Virus record (IMG/VR): IMGVR_UViG_3300035670_010691
Span: 44,915-108,914 of that record
Strand: one strand, 5' to 3'
From: a virus
Length of the DNA: 64,000 nucleotides
The notes under the pieces are model-generated. The model saw nothing but the letters and a program-made list of their open reading frames with translations. It did not search any database and was not told where the DNA came from. Below, piece after piece: positions 56,198-64,000 of this stretch; within the stretch, counting starts at the first letter, position 1, and every line of letters starts with the position of its first letter. A program made the translations under genes and the position numbers.

Positions 56198-58921
56198 ATG
56201 AATCTTTCAAAACTTTTACCTTATCTAAATCAAGAATCAAAGGATAATTTAGACATGATGAATAAAATGGGAATTAAATTAGGACAAGTTGTATCTGATC
56301 CGAGAGTAAAAGTTTTTGGTAAAGTGAATGAAGCTGAAGATGATAAATATACTCATATTGGGTATGGTAAGTACAAATTAAAAGGTAAAGAGGATGATGA
56401 GAACTCCCCAACATTTACCAAAGACGATACTGGTAAATATATTCCTACCAAATCTGATAAAGGTGGTAAAGGTCAAGAAAAACCAAAGGTAAACATCTTT
56501 GATAAACCAAAATCTGATGGAATGGATACTGTTAAATCAATTGCAGCAAAAACTGGATTGAGAGCACAGGCACTTGCAGGTTGGGCAGATGAAAATGGGG
56601 TTAATTTATCAAAAGTATCGGATGCTATTAATTCCAAGAAGTTAAAACCAATGGATTTAATGACAGCTATATCAGGAAATCCTGGAAACAAATATGCAAA
56701 AGATATTATTGCAAAATATTCGCAATCAAACGATACTAAATCAGATACAACAAAGGTTCCTTCAAGTAAATTAACAGATGTTCTTCCAAAAGCTAATCCC
56801 GAAACTTTTGAAAAACCATCAGATATAAACAAAATACCTGATAGTCAAAAATTGGAAGTTTCAATGAAGATTGATAAGTTAGCAGAATTAGCAAAACAGG
56901 CAAAAGAAAAAGGAGAAGCTGCTCCTAATTTTAACCTTTGTGAAATTACTATTCCAGGAACCAATTTATATTGTGAAGGAAATGCTGGTATTCCTCGTGA
57001 ACAAATGCCACAATTTAAAGGAACACCAACACCTGGATCACCCGCAGATAAATTACCAAGAGATAATTCTGGTGAAGTAGATACAGAACCAATGTTCCGT
57101 GCAATGTTAAAGAAAAATGGAATCAAAACGGTAGAAACAGAACTTCCATCAGATAGACTTAAAGCAACTCAAAGTGAATTGGTAGGTGCAAAAGTAGCAG
57201 GAATGACAAAGGCGTTAGAAAAAGACCCCAACCACCCAGCAATTACCGCACCAATTTATGTTAGTAGAGATGGGTATGTAGTAGACGGTCACCATCGTTG
57301 GGCGGCAATGACTTCATATGCAATGAAAAGTGGTAAACCTGCAAACATGAGAGTTATCGTTATAGACAAAGATATAAATGAGGTAATACCAATGTCAAAT
57401 AAATTTGCAGAAGATATAGGGGTTGCTGCCAAGAAAGCACAAACTCAAAAAGAAATTAAAAAGGCATTTAAAGAAATTATAGAACTAACAAGGTCTTATG
57501 TAAACGAACAAGAAGAAGGTCAGGTAAATGTCGGTGGATATGAAACACAACACTTTGATGTTTGTCCTGCTGCAACCGCACTTTACAAAGACATAGAGTC
57601 CAAAGGAGTGGATATGGACTTGGCTTCAAGAACAGCGAAACTACAAGATGTTCTTTTCTTTATTGAAAAACACGTCCAAGAACAAGGGTATAAACCAAAT
57701 CCATATTATGGTAAAGTTGCACAAATTCTTGGTGATCAAATTATGACAATGGGTGGTATGATGGAGTTAGGTTCAGAGCACTCATATATTCAAGGACATA
57801 TAGATAAAATACAATCAGCAGTTGAAAATAATTCTATAAAAGAAGCTTCAGAAAAAACAATTGTAAACCCTGAAACTGGTAAGAGAATTAAAGTTTCAAC
57901 CGCATTATCTTACGATAAAAAACATCCTGCATATAAAGCAGCATCAAAACTTTCATCAAAATCTGCACCAAAAAAATCAAGTTATGAAAGAGGTGACACG
58001 GTTAGAATTATCAGTAACCCTAAATTTGTAACTGATAAAAACTTTTGGGGTAAGGCAGGATACGTTAAAAACACCATGGGTAGGGATGTAATGGTGACAT
58101 TCCCTAATGGTAGAACAATTATAGTAGATCCAAGGGACTTACAACCAATTGCAAACGAATCCGTAAACGAAGCAGCAAAACCTTCACAAGTTCGTTCTGT
58201 TATTTCAAGAGTTAAAAAAGACTTGATGAAAAAGTGGAAACAAAAAGGTGGATACGAAAACTTTGGTGATAAAGAAGGTGATATGTTGAGAAAAAAGTTT
58301 AACTTCAATCCATATGGTTCATCAGAGGAAAGAGAAATTGCACAAATGATTCAAGGTTTTGAAGAGTGGGCAATTAATTACGATGGTAATATGAGAGAAA
58401 CCGTAAACGAAGCAAAAGCAATAAGTGGTGGTAAAATACACAAATTCATCACAGGTAAAAACCTCATATATAAGGGGAAGAAATATCCTGATATAGAATT
58501 TGAATTATTGGGTATTGATAATTCTAATCAGTTAGTAAATTTAAAAGTTTTATTCCCAAAAAATATTTTCGGACAAGAAATGAAAGTTCCATTCAAATCA
58601 ATCCGTAGAGGTGGTTTCATCAAAACAGATACTTCCAAAGTAAACGAATCATCAAACTACGAAGTTTATCATAAAAGTTATACATCAGCTATTGATACAG
58701 CATTAGAATATGCAAAGAAAAAAGGATTCACAACAGATCCCGAAGAAGTAGCTGATTTAGTTGGATTGCAATCAAGAAGACCAGGTAAAGGTAAAACTAC
58801 AAGAGTTTCTATTCCACTTTACAAAAACGGAAAACCACAAAGAGCTGGACTTCAAATAGTTGTTTATGGTATGGATGGTAATTCTTCAAGACCATATGAA
58901 TTGACAACTTACATAAGATGA
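56198..58921 (+). CDS. modular putative head internal polyprotein with ParB/Srx-like and SH3/KOW-like modules
   Basis: LKATQ...PIYVSRDGYVVDGHHRWAA; ERGDTVRII; VNE/IKE linkers; ATG at 56198. Confidence 0.65.
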   Translation: MNLSKLLPYLNQESKDNLDMMNKMGIKLGQVVSDPRVKVFGKVNEAEDDKYTHIGYGKYKLKGKEDDENSPTFTKDDTGKYIPTKSDKGGKGQEKPKVNIFDKPKSDGMDTVKSIAAKTGLRAQALAGWADENGVNLSKVSDAINSKKLKPMDLMTAISGNPGNKYAKDIIAKYSQSNDTKSDTTKVPSSKLTDVLPKANPETFEKPSDINKIPDSQKLEVSMKIDKLAELAKQAKEKGEAAPNFNLCEITIPGTNLYCEGNAGIPREQMPQFKGTPTPGSPADKLPRDNSGEVDTEPMFRAMLKKNGIKTVETELPSDRLKATQSELVGAKVAGMTKALEKDPNHPAITAPIYVSRDGYVVDGHHRWAAMTSYAMKSGKPANMRVIVIDKDINEVIPMSNKFAEDIGVAAKKAQTQKEIKKAFKEIIELTRSYVNEQEEGQVNVGGYETQHFDVCPAATALYKDIESKGVDMDLASRTAKLQDVLFFIEKHVQEQGYKPNPYYGKVAQILGDQIMTMGGMMELGSEHSYIQGHIDKIQSAVENNSIKEASEKTIVNPETGKRIKVSTALSYDKKHPAYKAASKLSSKSAPKKSSYERGDTVRIISNPKFVTDKNFWGKAGYVKNTMGRDVMVTFPNGRTIIVDPRDLQPIANESVNEAAKPSQVRSVISRVKKDLMKKWKQKGGYENFGDKEGDMLRKKFNFNPYGSSEEREIAQMIQGFEEWAINYDGNMRETVNEAKAISGGKIHKFITGKNLIYKGKKYPDIEFELLGIDNSNQLVNLKVLFPKNIFGQEMKVPFKSIRRGGFIKTDTSKVNESSNYEVYHKSYTSAIDTALEYAKKKGFTTDPEEVADLVGLQSRRPGKGKTTRVSIPLYKNGKPQRAGLQIVVYGMDGNSSRPYELTTYIR

Positions 58922-59457
58922 TAAAATTAAAATCTCTTATATCAGAAGATAAAGTATCAGGTGGTCTATCTGATAATATGTCTTTATCTGACATTGCAAA
59001 AAAACATAATGTATCAGTAGAAGAACTCAATAAAGAGTTTGAAATGGGTATGAAAGTAGAAATGGAACATACCACAGATAAAGAGATAGCTAAAGAAATA
59101 GCAAAAGACCACTTATTTGAAGACCCAAAATACTACACTAAATTAGCAACCATAGAAACCAACGAAGACCTCCGTAATTGGTTTAAATCTAAATGGGTAA
59201 ACATCGGTAAAAAAGTAGATGGTAAACACCCACCTTGTGGAACAAGTGGTGAGAAAAGTGGGTATGCTAAATGTGTTCCTGCATCAAAAGCAGCAACAAT
59301 GTCCAAAAAAGAAAAAGAAAGTGCAACACGTAGAAAACGTGCAGCACAAAATAAAGCAAACAGAGGTGGAGTTGATTCACCAGGTCAAGGAAAAAAACCT
59401 ATTAATGTTTCAACCCATCCCTATGGTAAAAAATCAGGAACAGGAAAAGGTTCATAA
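58918..59457 (+). CDS. two-module putative head protein (DUF5661-like module plus basic Cys module)
   Basis: Leader MIKLKSLISE; GMKVEMEHT...IAKDHL.EDPKYYTKL; TNE^DLRNWF...PCG...KCVP. Confidence 0.55.
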   Translation: MIKLKSLISEDKVSGGLSDNMSLSDIAKKHNVSVEELNKEFEMGMKVEMEHTTDKEIAKEIAKDHLFEDPKYYTKLATIETNEDLRNWFKSKWVNIGKKVDGKHPPCGTSGEKSGYAKCVPASKAATMSKKEKESATRRKRAAQNKANRGGVDSPGQGKKPINVSTHPYGKKSGTGKGS

Positions 59458-59478
59458 CAATTCAAAATTAACAAACAA

Positions 59479-59694
59479 ATGGCACAAAACGTAGCAGTAA
59501 TCGTAAGAAAAGGTGATTTAAATAGAGCACTTAAAATTTTTAAAAGAAAAGTCAGTGAATTAGGTATTCTTGAAGAATATAAATCAAAACAAGAATATAT
59601 CAAACCAACCACAAAAAGAAGAGAAGCAAAAAAGGCTGCAAAAAGAGCTCAACAATTAGAAGTCATTAAAAATAAACCCAAAGCAAAAATATAA
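59479..59694 (+). CDS. rpsU: ribosomal protein bS21
   Basis: V.VRKGDLNRALKIFKRK...GILEE...YIKPTTKRR matches the bS21 signature. Confidence 0.85.
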   Translation: MAQNVAVIVRKGDLNRALKIFKRKVSELGILEEYKSKQEYIKPTTKRREAKKAAKRAQQLEVIKNKPKAKI

Positions 59695-60570
59695 ATGAAA
59701 CACGCTCTTGTATTATTTGGAGAGTACAGGACTTTTGACATTGTTAGTAAATTTTGGGATATACCAGAAAATGTTGATGTTTATATATCAACTTGGGACT
59801 TTAGTGAGGAAAATAGAACTTGTTGGTTAGAATTTGATAAAAATACCAATGATTGGGAAATGAAATCAATCCCTGGTTTCAATCCTCTTGGTTTAGACTT
59901 AACAGAATTTTATAAAAACGGTCAATTTTTTGGTTCTCCAAATAAATTTATGCATTATTCTTATAAGGAAATTGTTACTCCTGAATCATTTTCTAATATA
60001 AAATACAAAAGTTTAAAAATTAATAATTCTGAAAATTTATTTTTAAATTCAAATACATCCAAAATGATTTTTCATTGGAAAACGGCTTTACAGGATATTG
60101 TTAGTAGTGATAATTGGAATTTGTATGAAAATATTTATCTTTTTAGATTAGATAATGTTTTTTTCCATTCACCAAATACAACAAACATATTTGATAAAGA
60201 ATGTGCAAATTTAGAACCAAATACTCTTTATTCTCCTTCAGATGAGGATATGTTAAATTGGACATTTTGTGGAGATACTCATTTTTATGGAAAAAAGGAA
60301 GTTATAAAAAAATGGATTGATTACCTTGATGTTGACAAACACACATTTACACATTTAGATTTAGCAATAGCAACTGGAGAGTTGGTAAAACAAAATAAAA
60401 TAAATCATAAAAGTTCATTTATTAATCAAATAACGGTAAGAAGGGGGATGGGTGAATTTTTAAATTTTTATTATAATATATGGTTGGAAAATGGAAAACC
60501 ATGGTTATTTGATATTCATCCAAAAATGTACGATTTTATTAGTGTTTGTAATATTGAAATAAAAATTTAG
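59695..60570 (+). CDS. hypothetical, putative glycosyltransferase-like (paralog of 30200)
   Basis: ALVLFGEYRTF, DVYISTW, FRLD, DTHFYG. Confidence 0.45.
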   Translation: MKHALVLFGEYRTFDIVSKFWDIPENVDVYISTWDFSEENRTCWLEFDKNTNDWEMKSIPGFNPLGLDLTEFYKNGQFFGSPNKFMHYSYKEIVTPESFSNIKYKSLKINNSENLFLNSNTSKMIFHWKTALQDIVSSDNWNLYENIYLFRLDNVFFHSPNTTNIFDKECANLEPNTLYSPSDEDMLNWTFCGDTHFYGKKEVIKKWIDYLDVDKHTFTHLDLAIATGELVKQNKINHKSSFINQITVRRGMGEFLNFYYNIWLENGKPWLFDIHPKMYDFISVCNIEIKI

Positions 60571-60788
60571 AAAATAAAATTACAAAACATACTGAAATAC
60601 AAAAATTTAACGTTTTTATTTAAAATTTTATATTTATTTCTATAATAACCTAATTCATTTAGGTTTAATCATATTATTTGGTTAGTGAATACCCTCCCAT
60701 CTAATGAGCGGTGAACGAAAAACCTATAATTCAATTTAATATTGAAATTCCTAATAATTTCACACGCAAAACCAAAAAGGTAATAATA

Positions 60789-61931
60789 ATGGCAAATTCA
60801 AAATTATTAAAAGAAGCAATTGCTGACGCAAAAGCTGTACGTGAGACTGCCATCGCTAACGCCAAAATCGCTCTTGAAGAAGCGTTTACTCCAAGACTTC
60901 AATCAATTCTTTCACAGAAGCTTCGTGCTGAAATGGAAGGTGATGAAGAGGAAGTAGAACTTGAAGAAGAATACGGTGCAGACGATGTTTCTGCAGCAGA
61001 CTCTTCTGAACTCGGAGCAGGTGAAGGTGATACAGAATCCGGTACAGACAATGCTGAACCAAAAAGTGGCGCAGTACAGTCAGCCACCGACGCTCATACA
61101 AAATTAGATCCTGAAACTGATTCAGAAACAGCAGAACCTGGCAAAGAAGATGAAAATATGCCAATCGCTGAAGGTGATGATGAAGAAGAAATGTATGAAG
61201 AAGAAGGTGAAGAAGAAGTATACGAAGAAGAAGACGAAGACGAACTCGACCTTGAATCAATCATTCGTGAATTAGAATCAGAACTTGAAGATGATGATGA
61301 CGATGATGAAGAAGAAATGGAAGAAGACGTTGATGATGTTGATGTTGTAAACAAAGCAGGTACAGACGCACTTGCATACAACGAAGAAGAGGAAGAAGAA
61401 GTTCATACAGAGGAAGAACACGAAGAAGAGTTATCTGAAGAAGATGACGAAGAAGAAATCGACCTCGAAGAAATTCTTCGCGAAATGGGATACGGTGAGG
61501 ATGAAGAAGAAGTAACAGAAGAAGAGGAAGAAGACCATTCAGCTCATGTAGCAGAAATGGAAGACGAACTCGAAGAAGCTTACAAAACTATTCGTTCACT
61601 AAAATCTACAATCAACGAAGTTAATCTTCTAAACGCTAAACTTCTATATGCAAACAAATTATTCCGTTCTTATAACTTAACAAACGAACAAAAAATGAAA
61701 GTTGTTGAGACATTAGACAGAACAGGAAATGTTCGTGAAGTAAAATTAGTTTATAGCACACTTGCTGAATCTTTCAAATACACAGGTTCAGTTTCAAGAA
61801 AACCAAAAACAAAAATAACCGAATCATACGCATCAAAAGCAGTTCGTTCAACCGCTCCGAAAAAAGAAATTATTTCAGAGAGTAGCAATGCTTTAGCAGA
61901 AAGATTCAAAAAACTTGCTAATATCAAATAA
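60789..61931 (+). CDS. prohead core/scaffolding protein (T4 gp22-like role)
   Basis: Extremely acidic middle region, coiled-coil ends, directly upstream of the capsid gene; ATG at 60789 after AAGGT. Confidence 0.8.
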   Translation: MANSKLLKEAIADAKAVRETAIANAKIALEEAFTPRLQSILSQKLRAEMEGDEEEVELEEEYGADDVSAADSSELGAGEGDTESGTDNAEPKSGAVQSATDAHTKLDPETDSETAEPGKEDENMPIAEGDDEEEMYEEEGEEEVYEEEDEDELDLESIIRELESELEDDDDDDEEEMEEDVDDVDVVNKAGTDALAYNEEEEEEVHTEEEHEEELSEEDDEEEIDLEEILREMGYGEDEEEVTEEEEEDHSAHVAEMEDELEEAYKTIRSLKSTINEVNLLNAKLLYANKLFRSYNLTNEQKMKVVETLDRTGNVREVKLVYSTLAESFKYTGSVSRKPKTKITESYASKAVRSTAPKKEIISESSNALAERFKKLANIK

Positions 61932-61935
61932 ATTT

Positions 61936-61941
61936 AAGGAG
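61936..61941 (+). promoter_or_regulatory. Shine-Dalgarno site of the major capsid gene
   Basis: AAGGAG 10 nt upstream of the ATG at 61952. Confidence 0.6.
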
Positions 61942-61951
61942 AGATAATAAA

Positions 61952-63571
61952 ATGGCAAATTTCGATTTATCAAAACTTATGGCAGGCAAGAATCCACAAG
62001 CAGTAATGCTTCAGGAAACTCGTCAACTTCGCAATAAGTGGGAAAAAACAGGTCTTTTAGAAGGACTTGCAGAGAGAGAACAATCTCAAATCTCTGTTCT
62101 TTTAGAAAACCAAGCAAAGCAATTACTTGATGAGGCAACTCAAACAGGTACATCTGCTGGTTCAGAAGAGTGGTCAGGCGTTGCCCTTCCACTTGTAAGA
62201 CGTATCTTTGGTGAAATTGCAGCGAAAGAATTCGTTTCAGTTCAACCAATGAACTTACCATCAGGTCTTATTTTCTATCTAGACTTCAAATACGGTTCAG
62301 GTCAACCAGGTAACCCATCATTCGTATCACAATCACTTTTCGGTGGTACAGGTGCAGACCTTGGTTCAACAGACTCAGCTGTAAATGGTCTTTATGGTGA
62401 AGGACGTTATGGTTATTCAGTAAACGATCAAGCAGTAACAGTAGCATCTGGTTCTTATACAGTTGCAACTGCTTCTTGGGCAGAAGTTGGTTACGATGCA
62501 TCACTTTCCGCATCCGTAGCTGCTAACCAATTAGCAAAAATCACAGTTGCTGGTGGTCAGTTCACACGTCCAGACCTTGAGTCAGTACGTTCATTCTACA
62601 TTTCATCATCTGCATTCGCAGCTGCTGATACATTCTATCCTGCACACTCTGACAAATCAGGTACAAGTGCAGTATTCTACGCAAAAGTAACAGACTTAAC
62701 AAGTGCAACATCTTCACTTGCTATCAATTATTCACAACAACCAGTTGCTGAAAATCGTGGTGACTTCGAAGACAGAAATCCAGTTGTAGGTGGTTCTTCA
62801 CCTGCAGGTACAGCTCTTGATATTCCTGAAATCGACCTCGAACTTCGTTCAGAAGCTATCGTAGCGAAAACAAGAAAACTCAAAGCAGTATGGACACCTG
62901 AATTAGCTCAAGACTTGAATGCATATCACTCAATCGACGCTGAAGCTGAATTAACATCAATGCTTTCTGAGTACATTTCACTTGAAATCGACCTCGAAAT
63001 CCTTGATATGTTAAAGACAAATGCTCTTACAACAGAGTATTGGTCAGTTTCTATCGGTGAAGAGTACAACTCTGCAACAAGTGCTTGGGTAGCTGCTACA
63101 AACGCACAGGCTTACACTAAAAACACATGGTTCCAAACACTTGGTGCCAAAATTAACAAAGTATCCAACAAGATTCACCAATTAACACTTCGTGGTGGTG
63201 CTAACTTCATCGTTGCATCTCCTGATGTATGTACAATTCTTGAGTCAATTCCAGGATTCGTTGTTAATGCTGACAAAGACGCAATGTCTTATGCAGCTGG
63301 TGTAACACAAATTGGTGCTATGTCAAACAGATACCAAGTTTACAAAAACCCATACATGACTTCTAACGAAATCTTGTTAGGTTTCCGTGGAAATAACTTC
63401 CTCGAAACAGGTGCTGTTTACGCTCCATACGTACCGCTTATCATGACACCGTTGGTATATGACCCAACAAACTTCACACCAAGACGCGGCGTGATGACAA
63501 GATACGCTAAGAAGATGGTTAGGCCAGAATTTTATGGTCGTATCTTCATTAAAGATTTGGCTAACGTCTAA
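61952..63571 (+). CDS. major capsid protein (T4 gp23-like)
   Basis: KWEKTGLLEG, LLENQ, VQPMNLPSGLIF, AKTRKLKAVWTPELAQDLNAYH, YAPYVPL, GVMTRY. Confidence 0.97.
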   Translation: MANFDLSKLMAGKNPQAVMLQETRQLRNKWEKTGLLEGLAEREQSQISVLLENQAKQLLDEATQTGTSAGSEEWSGVALPLVRRIFGEIAAKEFVSVQPMNLPSGLIFYLDFKYGSGQPGNPSFVSQSLFGGTGADLGSTDSAVNGLYGEGRYGYSVNDQAVTVASGSYTVATASWAEVGYDASLSASVAANQLAKITVAGGQFTRPDLESVRSFYISSSAFAAADTFYPAHSDKSGTSAVFYAKVTDLTSATSSLAINYSQQPVAENRGDFEDRNPVVGGSSPAGTALDIPEIDLELRSEAIVAKTRKLKAVWTPELAQDLNAYHSIDAEAELTSMLSEYISLEIDLEILDMLKTNALTTEYWSVSIGEEYNSATSAWVAATNAQAYTKNTWFQTLGAKINKVSNKIHQLTLRGGANFIVASPDVCTILESIPGFVVNADKDAMSYAAGVTQIGAMSNRYQVYKNPYMTSNEILLGFRGNNFLETGAVYAPYVPLIMTPLVYDPTNFTPRRGVMTRYAKKMVRPEFYGRIFIKDLANV

Positions 63572-63601
63572 TCTTTACTTAGTTATCTTAAGTGAAAATA
63601 T

Positions 63602-63637
63602 AAGGGAAGGAACTTCGGTTTCTTCCCTTTTTTTTTT
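63602..63637 (+). terminator. rho-independent terminator after the capsid gene
   Basis: AAGGGAAGGAAC-TTCG-GTTTCTTCCCTT stem with a C(UUCG)G tetraloop, followed by a T run. Confidence 0.9.
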
Positions 63638-63687
63638 ATGTATACTTGACTTTGACTGTCTATTTTCATATTTTTAAAGTAAAAACT

Positions 63688-63873
63688 ATGGAAAATCCTC
63701 TAAAACCAAATTTAACCTTTTCGGAATATATGGAATTGCGTAAAGAAAAAAGTGACCTCACATTTCAAATGGGAATTGGTGCAATGAAAAAAAAAGATAT
63801 TGAGAGATTAGTTTATCTTACCAAGGTTTTACTTCCCTATGATGATGTAATTGATGACATAGAAGAATATTAA
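63688..63873 (+). CDS. small hypothetical protein
   Basis: ATG at 63688 (MENPLKP...); possible TTGACT-N17-TATTTT promoter at 63646-63674. Confidence 0.5.
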   Translation: MENPLKPNLTFSEYMELRKEKSDLTFQMGIGAMKKKDIERLVYLTKVLLPYDDVIDDIEEY

Positions 63874-63935
63874 AAATTTACCCAAAGAAATAAATGGTAT
63901 ATTTATAATAGGTAATAAAAAAAGGATTACTTATT

Positions 63936-64000
63936 ATGGGAAGAAGAAGGCCAACTTCAAGAGAGTTTAAAAAATTAAATAGAACCAAATGGGGTTTATA
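63936..64000 (+). CDS. 5' end of a CDS running off the window
   Basis: TATTTATA at 63900, AAGGA, then ATG GGA AGA AGA..., open to the end. Confidence 0.45.
   Translation, partial: MGRRRPTSREFKKLNRTKWGL

Larger units (their letters stand above)
51316..58414 (+). repeat. dispersed in-frame direct repeat GAATCCGT(AGT)AAACGAAGCA encoding ES(V)VNE
   Basis: Copies or variants start at 51316, 51469, 53947, 54169, 54610, 54913, 55204, 55435, 55594, 58157 and 58397; the 51316 and 55435 copies are identical over 21 nt. Confidence 0.8.

Noticed and set aside
51316-58414. ESVVNE DNA repeats read as a CRISPR array
   Set aside because: Repeats are short, degenerate and in frame within ORFs, separated by 150-450 bp or more; no cas genes in the window
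60886-61560. GAA/GAT-rich repeats and poly-Ser antisense ORFs
   Set aside because: Explained by the Glu/Asp-rich scaffold coding sequence on the + strand
1305-62513. Many short minus-strand and alternative-frame ORFs in the track
   Set aside because: They lie almost entirely within well-supported + strand genes and show no motifs; treated as shadow ORFs
1-64000. Stop-codon reassignment, tRNA or rRNA genes
   Set aside because: The standard code gives full-length conserved genes ending in TAA, TGA and TAG; no cloverleaf or rRNA-like stretch was seen in the small intergenic gaps

Overview
AT-rich, gene-dense window, essentially all coding on the + strand, from a large T4-like (myovirus-type) dsDNA phage. 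The host is probably Bacteroidota. This is an inference from the phage bS21 next to the head genes, the general lack of Shine-Dalgarno sites and the D-T-V motifs in a membrane protein. Positions ~1-36.5 kb are a very large glycan biosynthesis and decoration cluster. It holds nucleotide-sugar epimerases, a dehydratase and a dehydrogenase, three GT7 enzymes with an inserted LamG domain, six GT10-like proteins, five SGNH proteins, two twitch radical SAM enzymes, an aminotransferase plus an amidinotransferase, and a split TPP enzyme. Positions ~36.6-64 kb are the head module: terminase, portal, prohead protease, scaffold and major capsid protein, with bS21 and several glycan genes interspersed. 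The most striking signal is a set of long mosaic polyproteins (36639-41579, 50833-51633, 53497-56196, 56198-58921). Their unrelated 50-150 aa modules are separated by [LIV]-x-E sites, the T4 gp21-type protease specificity. In three of these genes (50833, 53497, 56198) the linker is also an in-frame DNA direct repeat (GAATCCGTAGTAAACGAAGCA, encoding ESVVNEA). This suggests a shufflable array of virion-packaged cargo cassettes. One module of the largest polyprotein is an intein-less HNH homing nuclease sitting beside an apparently recoded target. All family calls come from motif recognition by eye; no searches were run.
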